DNA of 64,000 bases from a virus (IMGVR_UViG_3300046810_000041:1-64000); one strand, 5' to 3'; numbered from the stretch's first letter, positions 1 to 9,203 are shown. The notes: a model not told the origin generated them from the letters alone. Program-made: numbers and translations.

Positions 1-60
1 TACCTCGTTGGTGGTAAGAACCCTGAGTGGTATAAAAACTTGTAGTACGGATGGTCCACG

Positions 61-127
61 CAGCGCCCACAAATTCCCTTCCAAGGGTCTTTGTGGGCGC
101 TGCAATCATCTTTTTTTTTTTTTTTTT
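61..127 (+). terminator. Hairpin with 13-bp stem (61-73/90-102) and conserved loop CCCTTCCAAGGG, then an 8-nt spacer and a T17 tract (111-127)
   Basis: Inverted repeat cagcgcccacaaa/tttgtgggcgctg read directly, followed by 17 consecutive T. The spacer between stem and T-run is atypical for a classic intrinsic terminator. Confidence 0.4.
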
Positions 128-159
128 GTTTTACTGTAGTACGGCAATTGTGCCAACTG

Positions 160-168
160 TGTTATAAT
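160..168 (+). promoter_or_regulatory. Host-type extended -10 promoter (TGTTATAAT) upstream of the early genes
   Basis: TGnTATAAT read directly at 160-168. There is no good -35 hexamer. Its position upstream of the first genes and the RNAP gene is consistent with host-RNAP early transcription. Confidence 0.3.
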
Positions 169-189
169 AGAATATACTGAAAGCGCAAA

Positions 190-321
190 ATGGAAAAGCA
201 CGCACTCCACTTCATCCTCCTGGCACTCGCTCTGGTGGTATGTACGAAACTCTCCCTTGATGCGGTCATCATTGGAGCAGCGGCTCTCTTCGTATCTCAA
301 GTAAAGGCAATCAAGCTGTGA
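190..321 (+). CDS. Small hydrophobic peptide (43 aa), hypothetical
   Basis: ATG at 190, hydrophobic translation MEKHALHFILLALALVV..., first ORF after the promoter. Too short to appear in the ORF track. Confidence 0.25.
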   Translation: MEKHALHFILLALALVVCTKLSLDAVIIGAAALFVSQVKAIKL

Positions 322-429
322 GCATCATTCTGAGTTTTCTACTGGCCTACTTGGGCTGGCGCTTTATCAATCTCGTACCACGAATCATCGTCCGTTACGA
401 GCAACTCTAAATAAATATATCTGGATACA

Positions 430-2706
430 ATGAAACAAAAATTAGTTGCATCTATCACTGAGCGTCTTCAAACTGAAATCAATCCTCGGAATCCGGTAAA
501 GTTCCTCAAAGAACTCGACGTTTCCGAAATGATCGACGCTGCCACGGTTGTCCTCTATACTTTCACACGTGGAGGACGATCGTCTGGAACTAAGGCAAGG
601 CAAATCCTGATGTCAGAAGTCGTGTGCGCAATTGGCCACGGCATCCGTAATCGAAATCGCCTCAAGAAGGACTCTGCGCTGGCTGCAAGGGCTGGTGCAT
701 TCATTCTCTGGTCCTTTGAGAATCTTGGTATCGTTCTGACCAAGATGGGTAAAGCCGACAACAAGCATGGCACCTTCATTGTTGAAGTGACTGCTGAAGA
801 AGCTCTGGTGCAGCTGTTCGAAGACATCGATATCAAGAAGATCGAGAAGCTTCCTTCGCTGACTCCATATGCACCCTGGACTTCGACCAAGCATGAAACT
901 GGTGCTAATATGGTCAAGACTGCTGATCGGGATGTTCTTGCAATTATCAAACCCGAGACGCATCCGATGGTGTATGAATGCTTGAACAAAGCACAACGTA
1001 CTGGCTGGAATGTCAACAAGGATATTTATGCGATCTTCACGTGGGCTCTCAGAAATAAAACGGATGCGTTTGCAGACATCTGGGAAATGCAGAATCCGGA
1101 AGCCAAGTCCTCAAAGGTACGGGAGGCAAATGCAGTGGGCGCAATTGCAAAGCGCTTCCTCGATGAGACGTTCTATCATCTCTACTATTATGACTTCCGT
1201 GGTCGCAAGTACCCGGCCACTGCTTACTTTCACGAACAAGGAACTGACGCGTCTAAGGGCTTGCTTCTCAGACAAGACAGCTTCCGTATCGGAGAGCACG
1301 GCTTCAACTGGCTCCTCATTTCCATTGCATCCAATTGGGCTGGAAGCGCTGGGCGCGAGGATGGTGCAAAGACCGACAAAATCCCGCTGAAAGATCGTGT
1401 ATGCTGGGCACTCGACAATAAGGAGATTCTGCTGTCGTATGCAGAGAACCCGAAGGTCAATCAGGGCTGGATGAAGGCGGATAAGCCTTGGCAGTTCCTG
1501 GCAGCATGCAATGAATGGATGAAGTTGGAGAAATGGCTTAACGATGGAGGCTGGAAAAGTGAAGATGGAAGGCTTGTACACATTCGAGACCAAGCTGATT
1601 ATGAGTCTCATCTTGAGTGCTTCATCGATGGCAGTAATAACGGCAGTCAGCATTTGTCTGCGCTCACCTTGGACGAAGTTACTGCTCCTCACGTTAATCT
1701 GGTTCCAAGTGATCTCCCTGGTGATCTGTATAAGTATGTTGCTGATCACGTATGGGAAAAGATTACTGATGAAGCTGAGGCAATGCTCCAAGCTCAGGTC
1801 CAGGAACTTGAGCGTGTAATCGACACTGTCACTGACCTGAAGACCCAGATTCAGCAGGCACCGATGAAGTCTGATCGTCGAGAAGAGCTGATCAAACAGA
1901 TTCAAGCCTACAAGCGAGAGAAGAAAGAAGTCATCGCGCAGGCTGCAGTAATCTTCTGGTATCGCGTCACTGATGCCAAACATCGTCGTAAGGTAGTGAA
2001 GCGTAATGTGATGACTCTTCCGTATGGTGGTACTGCGTATGGCCTGGGTCAGCAGCAGATCGATGATGCACGCAAGCACGGCATTGAGTCCCTGATGTCA
2101 ATGGAGCATGCTTGGGGCTCTTACATGGGCCGAGAGGTCTTCGAGGACTGCAAGAAGTCGCTTGAGAAGCCGATGCGTCTGTTGTCTGTGTTTGAGGCTG
2201 CAGGTGAGAAGGCTGGTGCTGAAGGTCGTTTCCTTAGCTGGACTGCACCAATCACCAACTTCCCGGTCGTTCAGCATTACGTGGAAGGCACTACCAAGAA
2301 GATTCACGTTCAATATGGCCCCGCTGTTGGAGAGCGGAGCAAGAGCACTGGATACTACGACAATGATCGACAACTGCACATCTGTGTCATCGAGCAATCG
2401 AAGCCTTCACCGAAGAAGCAATCTACGGGTGCCTCGCCAAATGCAATTCACAGTTTGGACGCTGCTCATCTTACTCTGTGTGTTAATCGTTGTGATTTCC
2501 CTGTCACTACTATTCACGATTCTTTCGGCTGCTTACTTGGTCATATGGCCGATCTGTTTCGTATTGTCCGCGAAACGTTCGTGGAGCTGTACAAATCTAA
2601 ACCGCTAGAAAAGCTGATGCAGGACATCGGTGGTGACATTAGCCAAGTTGAGATTGGTACTCTCGATCTGAACCTCATCCTGGAATCGGAGTATTGCTTT
2701 GCTTAA
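430..2706 (+). CDS. T7-like single-subunit DNA-dependent RNA polymerase (758 aa)
   Basis: Translation contains the DFRGR (T/DxxGR) motif, motif A DGSNNGSQH, motif B RKVVKRNVMTLPYGG and motif C IHDSFG. These are the hallmark catalytic motifs of T7 gene 1 RNAP. Confidence 0.9.
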   Translation: MKQKLVASITERLQTEINPRNPVKFLKELDVSEMIDAATVVLYTFTRGGRSSGTKARQILMSEVVCAIGHGIRNRNRLKKDSALAARAGAFILWSFENLGIVLTKMGKADNKHGTFIVEVTAEEALVQLFEDIDIKKIEKLPSLTPYAPWTSTKHETGANMVKTADRDVLAIIKPETHPMVYECLNKAQRTGWNVNKDIYAIFTWALRNKTDAFADIWEMQNPEAKSSKVREANAVGAIAKRFLDETFYHLYYYDFRGRKYPATAYFHEQGTDASKGLLLRQDSFRIGEHGFNWLLISIASNWAGSAGREDGAKTDKIPLKDRVCWALDNKEILLSYAENPKVNQGWMKADKPWQFLAACNEWMKLEKWLNDGGWKSEDGRLVHIRDQADYESHLECFIDGSNNGSQHLSALTLDEVTAPHVNLVPSDLPGDLYKYVADHVWEKITDEAEAMLQAQVQELERVIDTVTDLKTQIQQAPMKSDRREELIKQIQAYKREKKEVIAQAAVIFWYRVTDAKHRRKVVKRNVMTLPYGGTAYGLGQQQIDDARKHGIESLMSMEHAWGSYMGREVFEDCKKSLEKPMRLLSVFEAAGEKAGAEGRFLSWTAPITNFPVVQHYVEGTTKKIHVQYGPAVGERSKSTGYYDNDRQLHICVIEQSKPSPKKQSTGASPNAIHSLDAAHLTLCVNRCDFPVTTIHDSFGCLLGHMADLFRIVRETFVELYKSKPLEKLMQDIGGDISQVEIGTLDLNLILESEYCFA

Positions 2707-2914
2707 ACATGTTGGTGTTATCATTCGTGAAGCTTATACGCCTAAGGATTTCATAAGTCCACGGTTCCAGATTTATCTGTCGGGGCCTAAGGGTGAAATC
2801 TGCATACCACATCCGAAGGATTCATACGGGTATGGTTCAGCGGAAGCCAGAACGCGAGCTACAGAGATTGCTAATGTACTTGAATGTGGAGTGGAATTCG
2901 ATGGAAAAGGCTGA
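2699..2914 (+). CDS. Hypothetical protein (71 aa)
   Basis: ORF abutting the RNAP stop. It overlaps the next ORF in another frame, so the start and even its existence are uncertain. Confidence 0.3.
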   Translation: MLKHVGVIIREAYTPKDFISPRFQIYLSGPKGEICIPHPKDSYGYGSAEARTRATEIANVLECGVEFDGKG

Positions 2915-3272
2915 TTTCGTAAATAAGCTGCATATGGTTAAGTCGCTGATTGGGCTGATCCATATCGAACATGCACATGACTTGCCTCGTAAGAAGAGTG
3001 TGATCGGTGTATGCGATGAGCTCATGGGTAAGATCGACCATGATGGTATCGACTTTCTGGAGCCTCAGAAGCCTCAAATTGTGGTAAGGGAAGTGCAAGT
3101 GAAGGTTCCGGTAGAAGCACCTATACTGGCACCAAGGGCCGAGCCATGGCCTGCATATGTAAAATGGCACAAAGCTTCTTACTCAGGATTCCCACCTCCA
3201 CCGCTGGAGAAGATGAATGCTGGGCAGAAGGATCGTTATAACATTTGGATGGCAGGATACAACGCAACATGA
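2901..3272 (+). CDS. Hypothetical protein (alternative upstream start at 2793)
   Basis: ORF in the track. An internal ATG at 2901 overlaps the upstream stop (ATG/TGA overlap), which favours the shorter form. Confidence 0.35.
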   Translation: MEKADFVNKLHMVKSLIGLIHIEHAHDLPRKKSVIGVCDELMGKIDHDGIDFLEPQKPQIVVREVQVKVPVEAPILAPRAEPWPAYVKWHKASYSGFPPPPLEKMNAGQKDRYNIWMAGYNAT

Positions 3273-3688
3273 TTACTCTTGGAAACAACATGAATGAAAC
3301 CCACTCGATGTTTGGGCGGGAGGGTTTGACTTATCCACAATGGGCGAAAGTTGTTGGCTTCATTCGCAGGCAGCTGGATGAGATGGGTTGTGACGAGGAA
3401 TCTCCAGACTACTTGGAGAACTTCGGAGGTGTATTTAAGATCGTTGAAGACAATCAAGAAGACTTCACTGATATGATGATGCACATGTCTCCGGACATTC
3501 GTGTGGGCCGTAGTAAAGATGATCTCAGCCGTGGGTTTGACTTTGTACATACGCTGCAACAAGGCGAGCTGTACATCGTGGGTGTCTGCACTAATAATCA
3601 GGGCGGCAACCACTACATTATCACGGGTGAGCTTATCGAAAAGTACCCACTCATCTTGACCCACATGGAATTGCAGGAGGTGTTCTAA
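3245..3688 (+). CDS. Hypothetical protein (147 aa)
   Basis: ORF in the co-directional early gene string with protein-like composition. Confidence 0.45.
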   Translation: MDGRIQRNMITLGNNMNETHSMFGREGLTYPQWAKVVGFIRRQLDEMGCDEESPDYLENFGGVFKIVEDNQEDFTDMMMHMSPDIRVGRSKDDLSRGFDFVHTLQQGELYIVGVCTNNQGGNHYIITGELIEKYPLILTHMELQEVF

Positions 3689-3892
3689 ATGCTCGTCACT
3701 CGTACTTCTGGCTTCACTGGTAAGCGTAACACGATGGATCTCCCGGTAACCCAAGAGCAGCTCACAGAGTATGCTACGGGCAACCGCATGATTCAAGAGG
3801 TATTCCCTAACCTGAATGCAGATCAGCGTGAGTTCATCATGACTGGGTGCACTCCTGAAGAATGGAATGACCTCTTCAAGCAGGAAGAATAA
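3689..3892 (+). CDS. Hypothetical protein (67 aa)
   Basis: ATG immediately after the upstream TAA. It lies just before the first copy of the 21-mer. Confidence 0.4.
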   Translation: MLVTRTSGFTGKRNTMDLPVTQEQLTEYATGNRMIQEVFPNLNADQREFIMTGCTPEEWNDLFKQEE

Positions 3893-3921
3893 AGGACGGG
3901 TGAGTTGAATCCGGGCGGCCG

Positions 3922-3942
3922 CCAACCCGTTAAATTAACCCT
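3922..3942 (+). promoter_or_regulatory. Putative phage-RNAP promoter, exact 21-mer CCAACCCGTTAAATTAACCCT (copy 1)
   Basis: Identical 21-mer present at 5 sites in the window plus one variant. It is flanked by the inverted repeat gggcggcc/ggccgccc and lies upstream of the SSB gene. Confidence 0.6.
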
Positions 3943-4096
3943 AAGGCCGCCCTCCCCAGAGGGAATCCCAGGAGGGAACCCTCAGCTAAACCCTTGGTTA
4001 GTAGTTAGTTATAAACTATTAACTAAGGAGAATTGATTGTAAGAAGCAGTATTAGCATAATGCTAACAGACTAACATTATTTAAAGAGAATACACC

Positions 4097-4705
4097 ATGG
4101 CAATGATCAAAGGCGCAGAAATCCACTACATCAAATGTGACCCGAAGCGTCCGGATGGTACGTACAACAAGAAGAACCCGTCCTGGCAGGTTCAACTTCG
4201 TACTTCGGATACGGCTCAACGTGACAAGTGGAAAGAACAAGGACTGAACGTCAAACTGCTGACTCAGAAGGCAGAAGGCGCGGAAGAAGATGATCCGAAG
4301 ATTCCGGTTCTGACTGCGGATGGCAAGAAGATCTATCGGGTTAACCTGAAGAAGGGCTCGATTAAGAAAGACGGCTCCAAAGCAGAACCGGTGAAGGTGA
4401 TCAACGGTGCTCTCGAAGACATCGATCCGAACACCATCGCAAATGGCTCGATTGCCAATGTCCGTGTCTTCCAGTACGACTACAAGACCGAAGACGGCAA
4501 AGAAGGTATCGCTTCTATGCTGATGGCCATTCAGGTCACTAAGCATATTGTGTATGTGCCTAAAGCACGCGATGACGACTTCGATGTCGAAGAGACCGAG
4601 ACCATCGCAGCACAAGAAGAAATCGGTATGGACGATGATGACCAGCCGAAGGAAAAGAAGAAACCTGCAGCTACTCCGGCAGGTCGCAATGACGATGATT
4701 TCTAA
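4097..4705 (+). CDS. Single-stranded DNA-binding protein, T7 gp2.5-like
   Basis: 202 aa with a highly acidic C-terminal tail ending ...NDDDF (aromatic C-terminal residue as in T7 gp2.5). Position directly after the promoter in the replication module. Confidence 0.65.
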   Translation: MAMIKGAEIHYIKCDPKRPDGTYNKKNPSWQVQLRTSDTAQRDKWKEQGLNVKLLTQKAEGAEEDDPKIPVLTADGKKIYRVNLKKGSIKKDGSKAEPVKVINGALEDIDPNTIANGSIANVRVFQYDYKTEDGKEGIASMLMAIQVTKHIVYVPKARDDDFDVEETETIAAQEEIGMDDDDQPKEKKKPAATPAGRNDDDF

Positions 4706-4720
4706 TCATCAAGTAGTGTA

Positions 4721-4760
4721 GTGTAATACCGGGAGGGTCCTTGAGGCTCTCCCTAATTAT
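4721..4760 (+). repeat. Conserved intergenic element GTAATACCGGG-hairpin-CCCTAATTA (family copy 1)
   Basis: gtaataccgggagggtccttgaggctctccctaattat. Shares its 5' and 3' flanks and a hairpin with the elements at 9404 and 16941. Confidence 0.45.
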
Positions 4761-4777
4761 TGTTATGTGAGAATACA

Positions 4778-5482
4778 ATGAACAACTGGTTTAATGTGCT
4801 GAATCAAGCAGGTAATGTGACTCAGGCAGGTAAAGATTTCAACAAGCTTACGGTGGTCCCTGAAGGACATACTGTGCATATCTTTATTGATGGCAAGCGC
4901 AATACCATCCTCAAGAACCAAGACCAACTCGACGGCTGGCTCGAAGGTCAACAACGTAAATTTGCCTGGAAACCTGAAATGACTGAACAATTTGGACAAC
5001 ATACCATGACTGCAATCGCCCAACTGAATGGTATCGGTACTGACATCAACAATGCAATCAAAGGCCTGAGCAATGCGTTCGGCCCTGTGAGCAACTACAA
5101 TCCACCAAAAGAGCTGATTGGCACTCATGACCTGACGCGCGGTAATGTGGCCAAGATGTCTGACTTGACGGGTACTACCGAAGGGTTCGCAGATAACTAC
5201 GATGCTAAAGGTGGTGCAAGTCATTACAAGGACATTGTGCCGGGTATGCAGTACATGGAAATGATGCAGTACATGCTGGCAAAGTTCACTGGTGTTGAAG
5301 CACACCTGATGGGCCAGCTCTATAAGTATCTGATGCGTTGTGGTAACAAGGATGCCACTCTCCAGGAACTCACCAAGGTTCACTGGTATCTGGAATTCCT
5401 GATGGCATGGCACAAGAATGGTTGCAAGCCGTTCACTCACGAAGAGCAGCTGCGTCTGCTGGCCATGGAATCGGTTCTCTAA
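4778..5482 (+). CDS. Hypothetical protein (234 aa)
   Basis: ORF whose start carries the conserved context GAGAATACAATG. No motif recognised. Confidence 0.55.
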   Translation: MNNWFNVLNQAGNVTQAGKDFNKLTVVPEGHTVHIFIDGKRNTILKNQDQLDGWLEGQQRKFAWKPEMTEQFGQHTMTAIAQLNGIGTDINNAIKGLSNAFGPVSNYNPPKELIGTHDLTRGNVAKMSDLTGTTEGFADNYDAKGGASHYKDIVPGMQYMEMMQYMLAKFTGVEAHLMGQLYKYLMRCGNKDATLQELTKVHWYLEFLMAWHKNGCKPFTHEEQLRLLAMESVL

Positions 5483-5494
5483 GAAAGGCTAAGT

Positions 5495-7384
5495 ATGCCA
5501 CCACATCTGACAAAGAGACTTCTATTCGACATCGAAACTGATGGACTCCTCGTTACAGTAAGTGTAGCTCACATTGTGGGTTACCTGGACCTTGATACAA
5601 ACATCAAGAAAAGCTTCCGTGAAGGTGACGAAGGCTGGCGTGAAGACTTCGACCAGTGCAGACTGTTCGTAGGCCACAACATTATCGGTTATGACTTCCC
5701 GGCAATGTACAAAATCTTCAAGTGGCGTCCACACCCTGCAGCAAACATCCATGATACCATGCTGATGTCCCAAGCTCAGAACTATAGAAGGTTCATGAGC
5801 GGAACTCACAAGCTGGAAGATTGGGGTAATTTCCTGGGTTATCCTAAGGGTGATCATAGTGATTGGTCCAAGTGGACTCCTGATATGCAGATCTATTGGG
5901 AACGAGACATTGACCTGAACAAGAAAGTCTATGACTACTTGCTCGGTGAGTTCCGCGTTCTAATTGGTCGTAACATCTTCTTCAAGAAGTCTCTACAGAA
6001 CGAGCACATGGTTGCTAAGTTCTGTGCTAGAGCGCATGAAGTAGGCTGGCTCTTCGATAAGAAGTCTGGTCATGAGCTGCTGGCTGAAATGAAACAAGCT
6101 CTGCTGGACACGGAAGCAATCATTGTTCCGAAGCTGTTGGTAAAGACTGTAGCAATTGATAAAGTAAAAGGCGAGGTTGAGCCTAAGAAACCGAAGTGGC
6201 TGAAGAACGGCTGCTATGATATCCATACCTGCAAGTATTTCGGGATCACTCCTGAATCCGGTAAGGACGAAGATAATATGCTAGTGGTAGGTCCGTACTC
6301 TCGAATTGAGTTCGTAAATCCTACACTAAAGAATATGGAAGATGTGAAGACTTGGCTCTTCAGCATTGGTTGGGAACCTGACGACTGGAACCTCAAAAAG
6401 GAGCCAGATGGAACATGGCGTAAGGTTTCTCCGAAGCTGTCTGAGTCTTCGCTTCTGGCTTTAGGGCCGGATGGTGAATTGATTAACGACTACACGACTA
6501 CAAAATCTCGACATTCGATCCTGGAAGGCTGGCTGAGTTCCCTGGATGAGAATGATCGAATTCGTGGAGGTTGCTTCACCATTGCAACACCCACAGGTCG
6601 AGCACGGCACTCCGAGGTATGTAATGTACCCGGTGCAGAAGCTCCTTGGGGGAAACAGATCAGGTCGCTGTTCATCGCAGACCCTGGCTGGAAGATTGTT
6701 GGCGCTGACTCGTCTGGTAATCAGTTCCGAGCTTTGTGCCACTATCTGAAGAATGACAAATACACCGAGCTTGTGTTAACAGGTGATGTGCACCAAGAGA
6801 ATGCAAACGTTCTCACGGACATTCTTCAAGACATCGGTGTCTATAACTCCGAGCAGAAGGTGCCTCGTAAGACAGCTAAGCCTTTCATCTATGCATTCTT
6901 ATTTGGTGCAGGCGGTGAGAAGCTGTCGTTGATCGTGCTGGGTACACGTAACAAAAAGATTGGTAACAAGCTGAAGAATGAGTTCATTAAGCGAGTTCCT
7001 GGTCTGGAGCAACTGGTCGATAAAGTAACGAAGTTCTATTACAAGACCGAGCAGTATGGTAAGCCTTACATTCCAGGTGCGGATGGACGTAGGGTGTATT
7101 GTGACTCTCCGCATAAAGCACTGAACTATCTGCTTCAAGATTTTGAGGCTATTAGCTGTAAAGCAGCTGTGGCTTACATTATGGAGAAGTGTGAGAAGGA
7201 AGGTGTGCCATATATCCCACTCATCTGGTATCATGACGAATTTGAAATCATGGTTCCGGAAGAACACGCTGAGAAAGTCAGAGAGTGGAGTATCGAAGCC
7301 TACAGAGAATCAGGCAAGGAGTTTGGCATGATGATTCTGGATGGTGCAGGTAAAGTTGGTGATTCGTGGTATGATGTTCACTAA
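5495..7384 (+). CDS. Family A DNA polymerase with 3'-5' exonuclease domain
   Basis: Exo I motif DIETDGL and Exo II motif HNIIGYDFP. Pol motif A DSSGNQFR, motif B RKTAKPFIYAFLFG, motif C YHDEF. Confidence 0.9.
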   Translation: MPPHLTKRLLFDIETDGLLVTVSVAHIVGYLDLDTNIKKSFREGDEGWREDFDQCRLFVGHNIIGYDFPAMYKIFKWRPHPAANIHDTMLMSQAQNYRRFMSGTHKLEDWGNFLGYPKGDHSDWSKWTPDMQIYWERDIDLNKKVYDYLLGEFRVLIGRNIFFKKSLQNEHMVAKFCARAHEVGWLFDKKSGHELLAEMKQALLDTEAIIVPKLLVKTVAIDKVKGEVEPKKPKWLKNGCYDIHTCKYFGITPESGKDEDNMLVVGPYSRIEFVNPTLKNMEDVKTWLFSIGWEPDDWNLKKEPDGTWRKVSPKLSESSLLALGPDGELINDYTTTKSRHSILEGWLSSLDENDRIRGGCFTIATPTGRARHSEVCNVPGAEAPWGKQIRSLFIADPGWKIVGADSSGNQFRALCHYLKNDKYTELVLTGDVHQENANVLTDILQDIGVYNSEQKVPRKTAKPFIYAFLFGAGGEKLSLIVLGTRNKKIGNKLKNEFIKRVPGLEQLVDKVTKFYYKTEQYGKPYIPGADGRRVYCDSPHKALNYLLQDFEAISCKAAVAYIMEKCEKEGVPYIPLIWYHDEFEIMVPEEHAEKVREWSIEAYRESGKEFGMMILDGAGKVGDSWYDVH

Positions 7385-7389
7385 ATAAA

Positions 7390-7545
7390 ATGGATCCGGT
7401 AGAGTACCTCGAAAGCTTAATAAGCAACGTAACTAAGATGCCAGTTCAAAAGAACGAACTGGAGCTTCTCAAACGATTCATTGAACTGGATCGAGTACGC
7501 AAAGAGGCTGCTCTACTGGCCTCAATTGCACAAACAGGACTTTAG
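7390..7545 (+). CDS. Small hypothetical protein (51 aa)
   Basis: Short ORF immediately after the DNAP stop. Not in the track because it is under 60 aa. Confidence 0.25.
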   Translation: MDPVEYLESLISNVTKMPVQKNELELLKRFIELDRVRKEAALLASIAQTGL

Positions 7546-7550
7546 CATAC

Positions 7551-7739
7551 ATGAACATAAACTTGCTTAGTAAGAAAGCAAAGCTCATCAAACGAACTTA
7601 CAAAGAAGGTTATATCACTGCCCGAAATGGCGATGACTATGGATTTTCGGATGCATGGGAACGAAGTGGTGCCAAAATGGACCATGACGCGTTGTTGAAG
7701 AAGATCGCTAAGCTTAGCCTGAAACACCGTATCAAATAA
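7551..7739 (+). CDS. Hypothetical basic protein (62 aa)
   Basis: ORF in the co-directional string. Confidence 0.4.
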   Translation: MNINLLSKKAKLIKRTYKEGYITARNGDDYGFSDAWERSGAKMDHDALLKKIAKLSLKHRIK

Positions 7740-7774
7740 GTAGTAAAGCGGGTTGTGTAGAATTGCCCTCATGC

Positions 7775-7795
7775 CCAACCCGTTAAATTAACCCT
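7775..7795 (+). promoter_or_regulatory. Putative phage-RNAP promoter, exact 21-mer (copy 2)
   Basis: Exact CCAACCCGTTAAATTAACCCT, flanked by the inverted repeat gccctca/tgagggc. It lies upstream of the lipoprotein gene. Confidence 0.6.
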
Positions 7796-7845
7796 CTTGA
7801 GGGCTTGCAGTACAACATCAATACTAAACTAACTGAAAGTATACA

Positions 7846-8637
7846 ATGAAGAAATTTGCTCTGATGATTATGGTTGCCCTGTCGATGGCAGCATGCACTC
7901 GCGTTCCGACTGGTGAAGTTGGTCTCCGTGTTAACTGGGACAAGACCATCGAAGCGAAAGAGCTGGTTGCTGGTTCGGTCAATCAAACCATCATCGGTGA
8001 CGTCGAGAAATTCCCGATCAAGGAAATCTCGGCAGAAGTGAATGACCTGTCTCCTCTGGCGGCTGACAATAGCACGATGAAGGATTTCGACATCGCAGTT
8101 GTCTACAACCTGAACCCTTCTTCGGTATCCGAACTGTACACCAAGAAGAGTCATTCGTTCCATGCCACCGCAAGGGACACTGGCGATACGTTGCTGATGT
8201 ACTCGTATATCCAGCTGACTGCCCGCAATGCAGTCTTCAAGGAAGCACGAAAGTACGCAGCACTGGAAATGAATGACAAGCGTACTCAGATCGAATCCGA
8301 TATCCTGGCAACCATGAAAGCAACTCTGGCTGCAGAAGGTCTCGGTAACGATATCACCATCTCACAGATCCAGGTCAAGAGCATTGCGCCTTCGGATGCT
8401 GTGAAACAATCGGCTGATGCACTGGTTCGTTCCCAGAATGAACAGAAGCAAAAGCAGATCGAAGTGGGTACTGCGAAGCTGGAATCCGAGCGTATCGCTG
8501 CATTGAACGCCAATGCGGGTGCTATCGGTTACATGCAAGCACAAGCCCAGATGAAAATTGCCGAAGGTATCGCCAATGGCAAGGTTCAAACCGTTGTGGT
8601 GCCTTATGACTTCAAAGGCATGATCAGCGTGAAGTGA
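7846..8637 (+). CDS. SPFH/band-7-like lipoprotein
   Basis: Signal peptide with lipobox MIMVALSMAAC. The segment MKDFDIAVVYNLNP resembles the SPFH core, and a C-terminal coiled coil is typical of HflK/C-like proteins. Confidence 0.5.
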   Translation: MKKFALMIMVALSMAACTRVPTGEVGLRVNWDKTIEAKELVAGSVNQTIIGDVEKFPIKEISAEVNDLSPLAADNSTMKDFDIAVVYNLNPSSVSELYTKKSHSFHATARDTGDTLLMYSYIQLTARNAVFKEARKYAALEMNDKRTQIESDILATMKATLAAEGLGNDITISQIQVKSIAPSDAVKQSADALVRSQNEQKQKQIEVGTAKLESERIAALNANAGAIGYMQAQAQMKIAEGIANGKVQTVVVPYDFKGMISVK

Positions 8638-8783
8638 TGAAAGGTATCCCTTACAAGGATACGTTCGCAGCAAAGGGCTCGGAACTTTATCGAGCTCTTA
8701 CTGAGGGTACTCCTCAACAAGCAAAACAAGTGTACGATGCAACTACGGCTCGTATGAAATCATTAATTGAAAAGAAAGCATAA
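8637..8783 (+). CDS. Small hypothetical protein (48 aa)
   Basis: ATG overlaps the upstream TGA (TGATG). Confidence 0.25.
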   Translation: MKGIPYKDTFAAKGSELYRALTEGTPQQAKQVYDATTARMKSLIEKKA

Positions 8784-8788
8784 ACGAA

Positions 8789-9169
8789 ATGACTACTAAC
8801 ACTACCACCGCTGTTACCAAACCTGCCCGCAAAGTCGCTACTGTCAAGAAAGCAGCAGTGTCGAAGCCTGGCAAACCAGTTGGTGAAGTCAAGATCGTCG
8901 GTGACATCGAGAAATCGAAGCGTCCTCTGATGGTCTCTGACATGGCCTACAAGCAAGTCTTCATCCGTGAAGGCAAGCTGTGCATGCGTGTGATGAATGT
9001 CTGCAATGGCAACATCAAAGGCCGCGCATCGAAGAAAGAACATCTGTGGATCGTCGATCTGGCAGCTGGCAAGACCTTCCTGTCTTCGGACATCCCGGTC
9101 GAACTGGTTGACGTGGAAATCGCGATCACCAACAAGCGCGTTGCTCCCGTCGAGCAAGGTTCGCTGTAA
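8789..9169 (+). CDS. Hypothetical protein with basic N-terminus (126 aa)
   Basis: ORF whose start has the context ATAAACGAAATG, shared with the starts at 11013 and 21677. Confidence 0.5.
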   Translation: MTTNTTTAVTKPARKVATVKKAAVSKPGKPVGEVKIVGDIEKSKRPLMVSDMAYKQVFIREGKLCMRVMNVCNGNIKGRASKKEHLWIVDLAAGKTFLSSDIPVELVDVEIAITNKRVAPVEQGSL

Positions 9170-9203
9170 TACAAACACTGTTCAATAACGTCGAGAGAAT
9201 ACA

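Noticed and set aside
111-127. T17 tract considered as a classic rho-independent terminator tail
   Set aside because: Only partly accepted. The T-run is separated from the hairpin by 8 nt, unlike the textbook arrangement at 24878 and 28904. It may have another role (for example phage-RNAP slippage or terminator, or a recombination or packaging-related tract), so it was kept as a low-confidence terminator.
2793-3272. Longer 159-aa form of the ORF starting at 2793
   Set aside because: It overlaps the 2699-2914 ORF by 120 nt in another frame. The internal ATG at 2901 gives a tidy ATG/TGA overlap, so the shorter form was preferred. This is not resolved without expression data.
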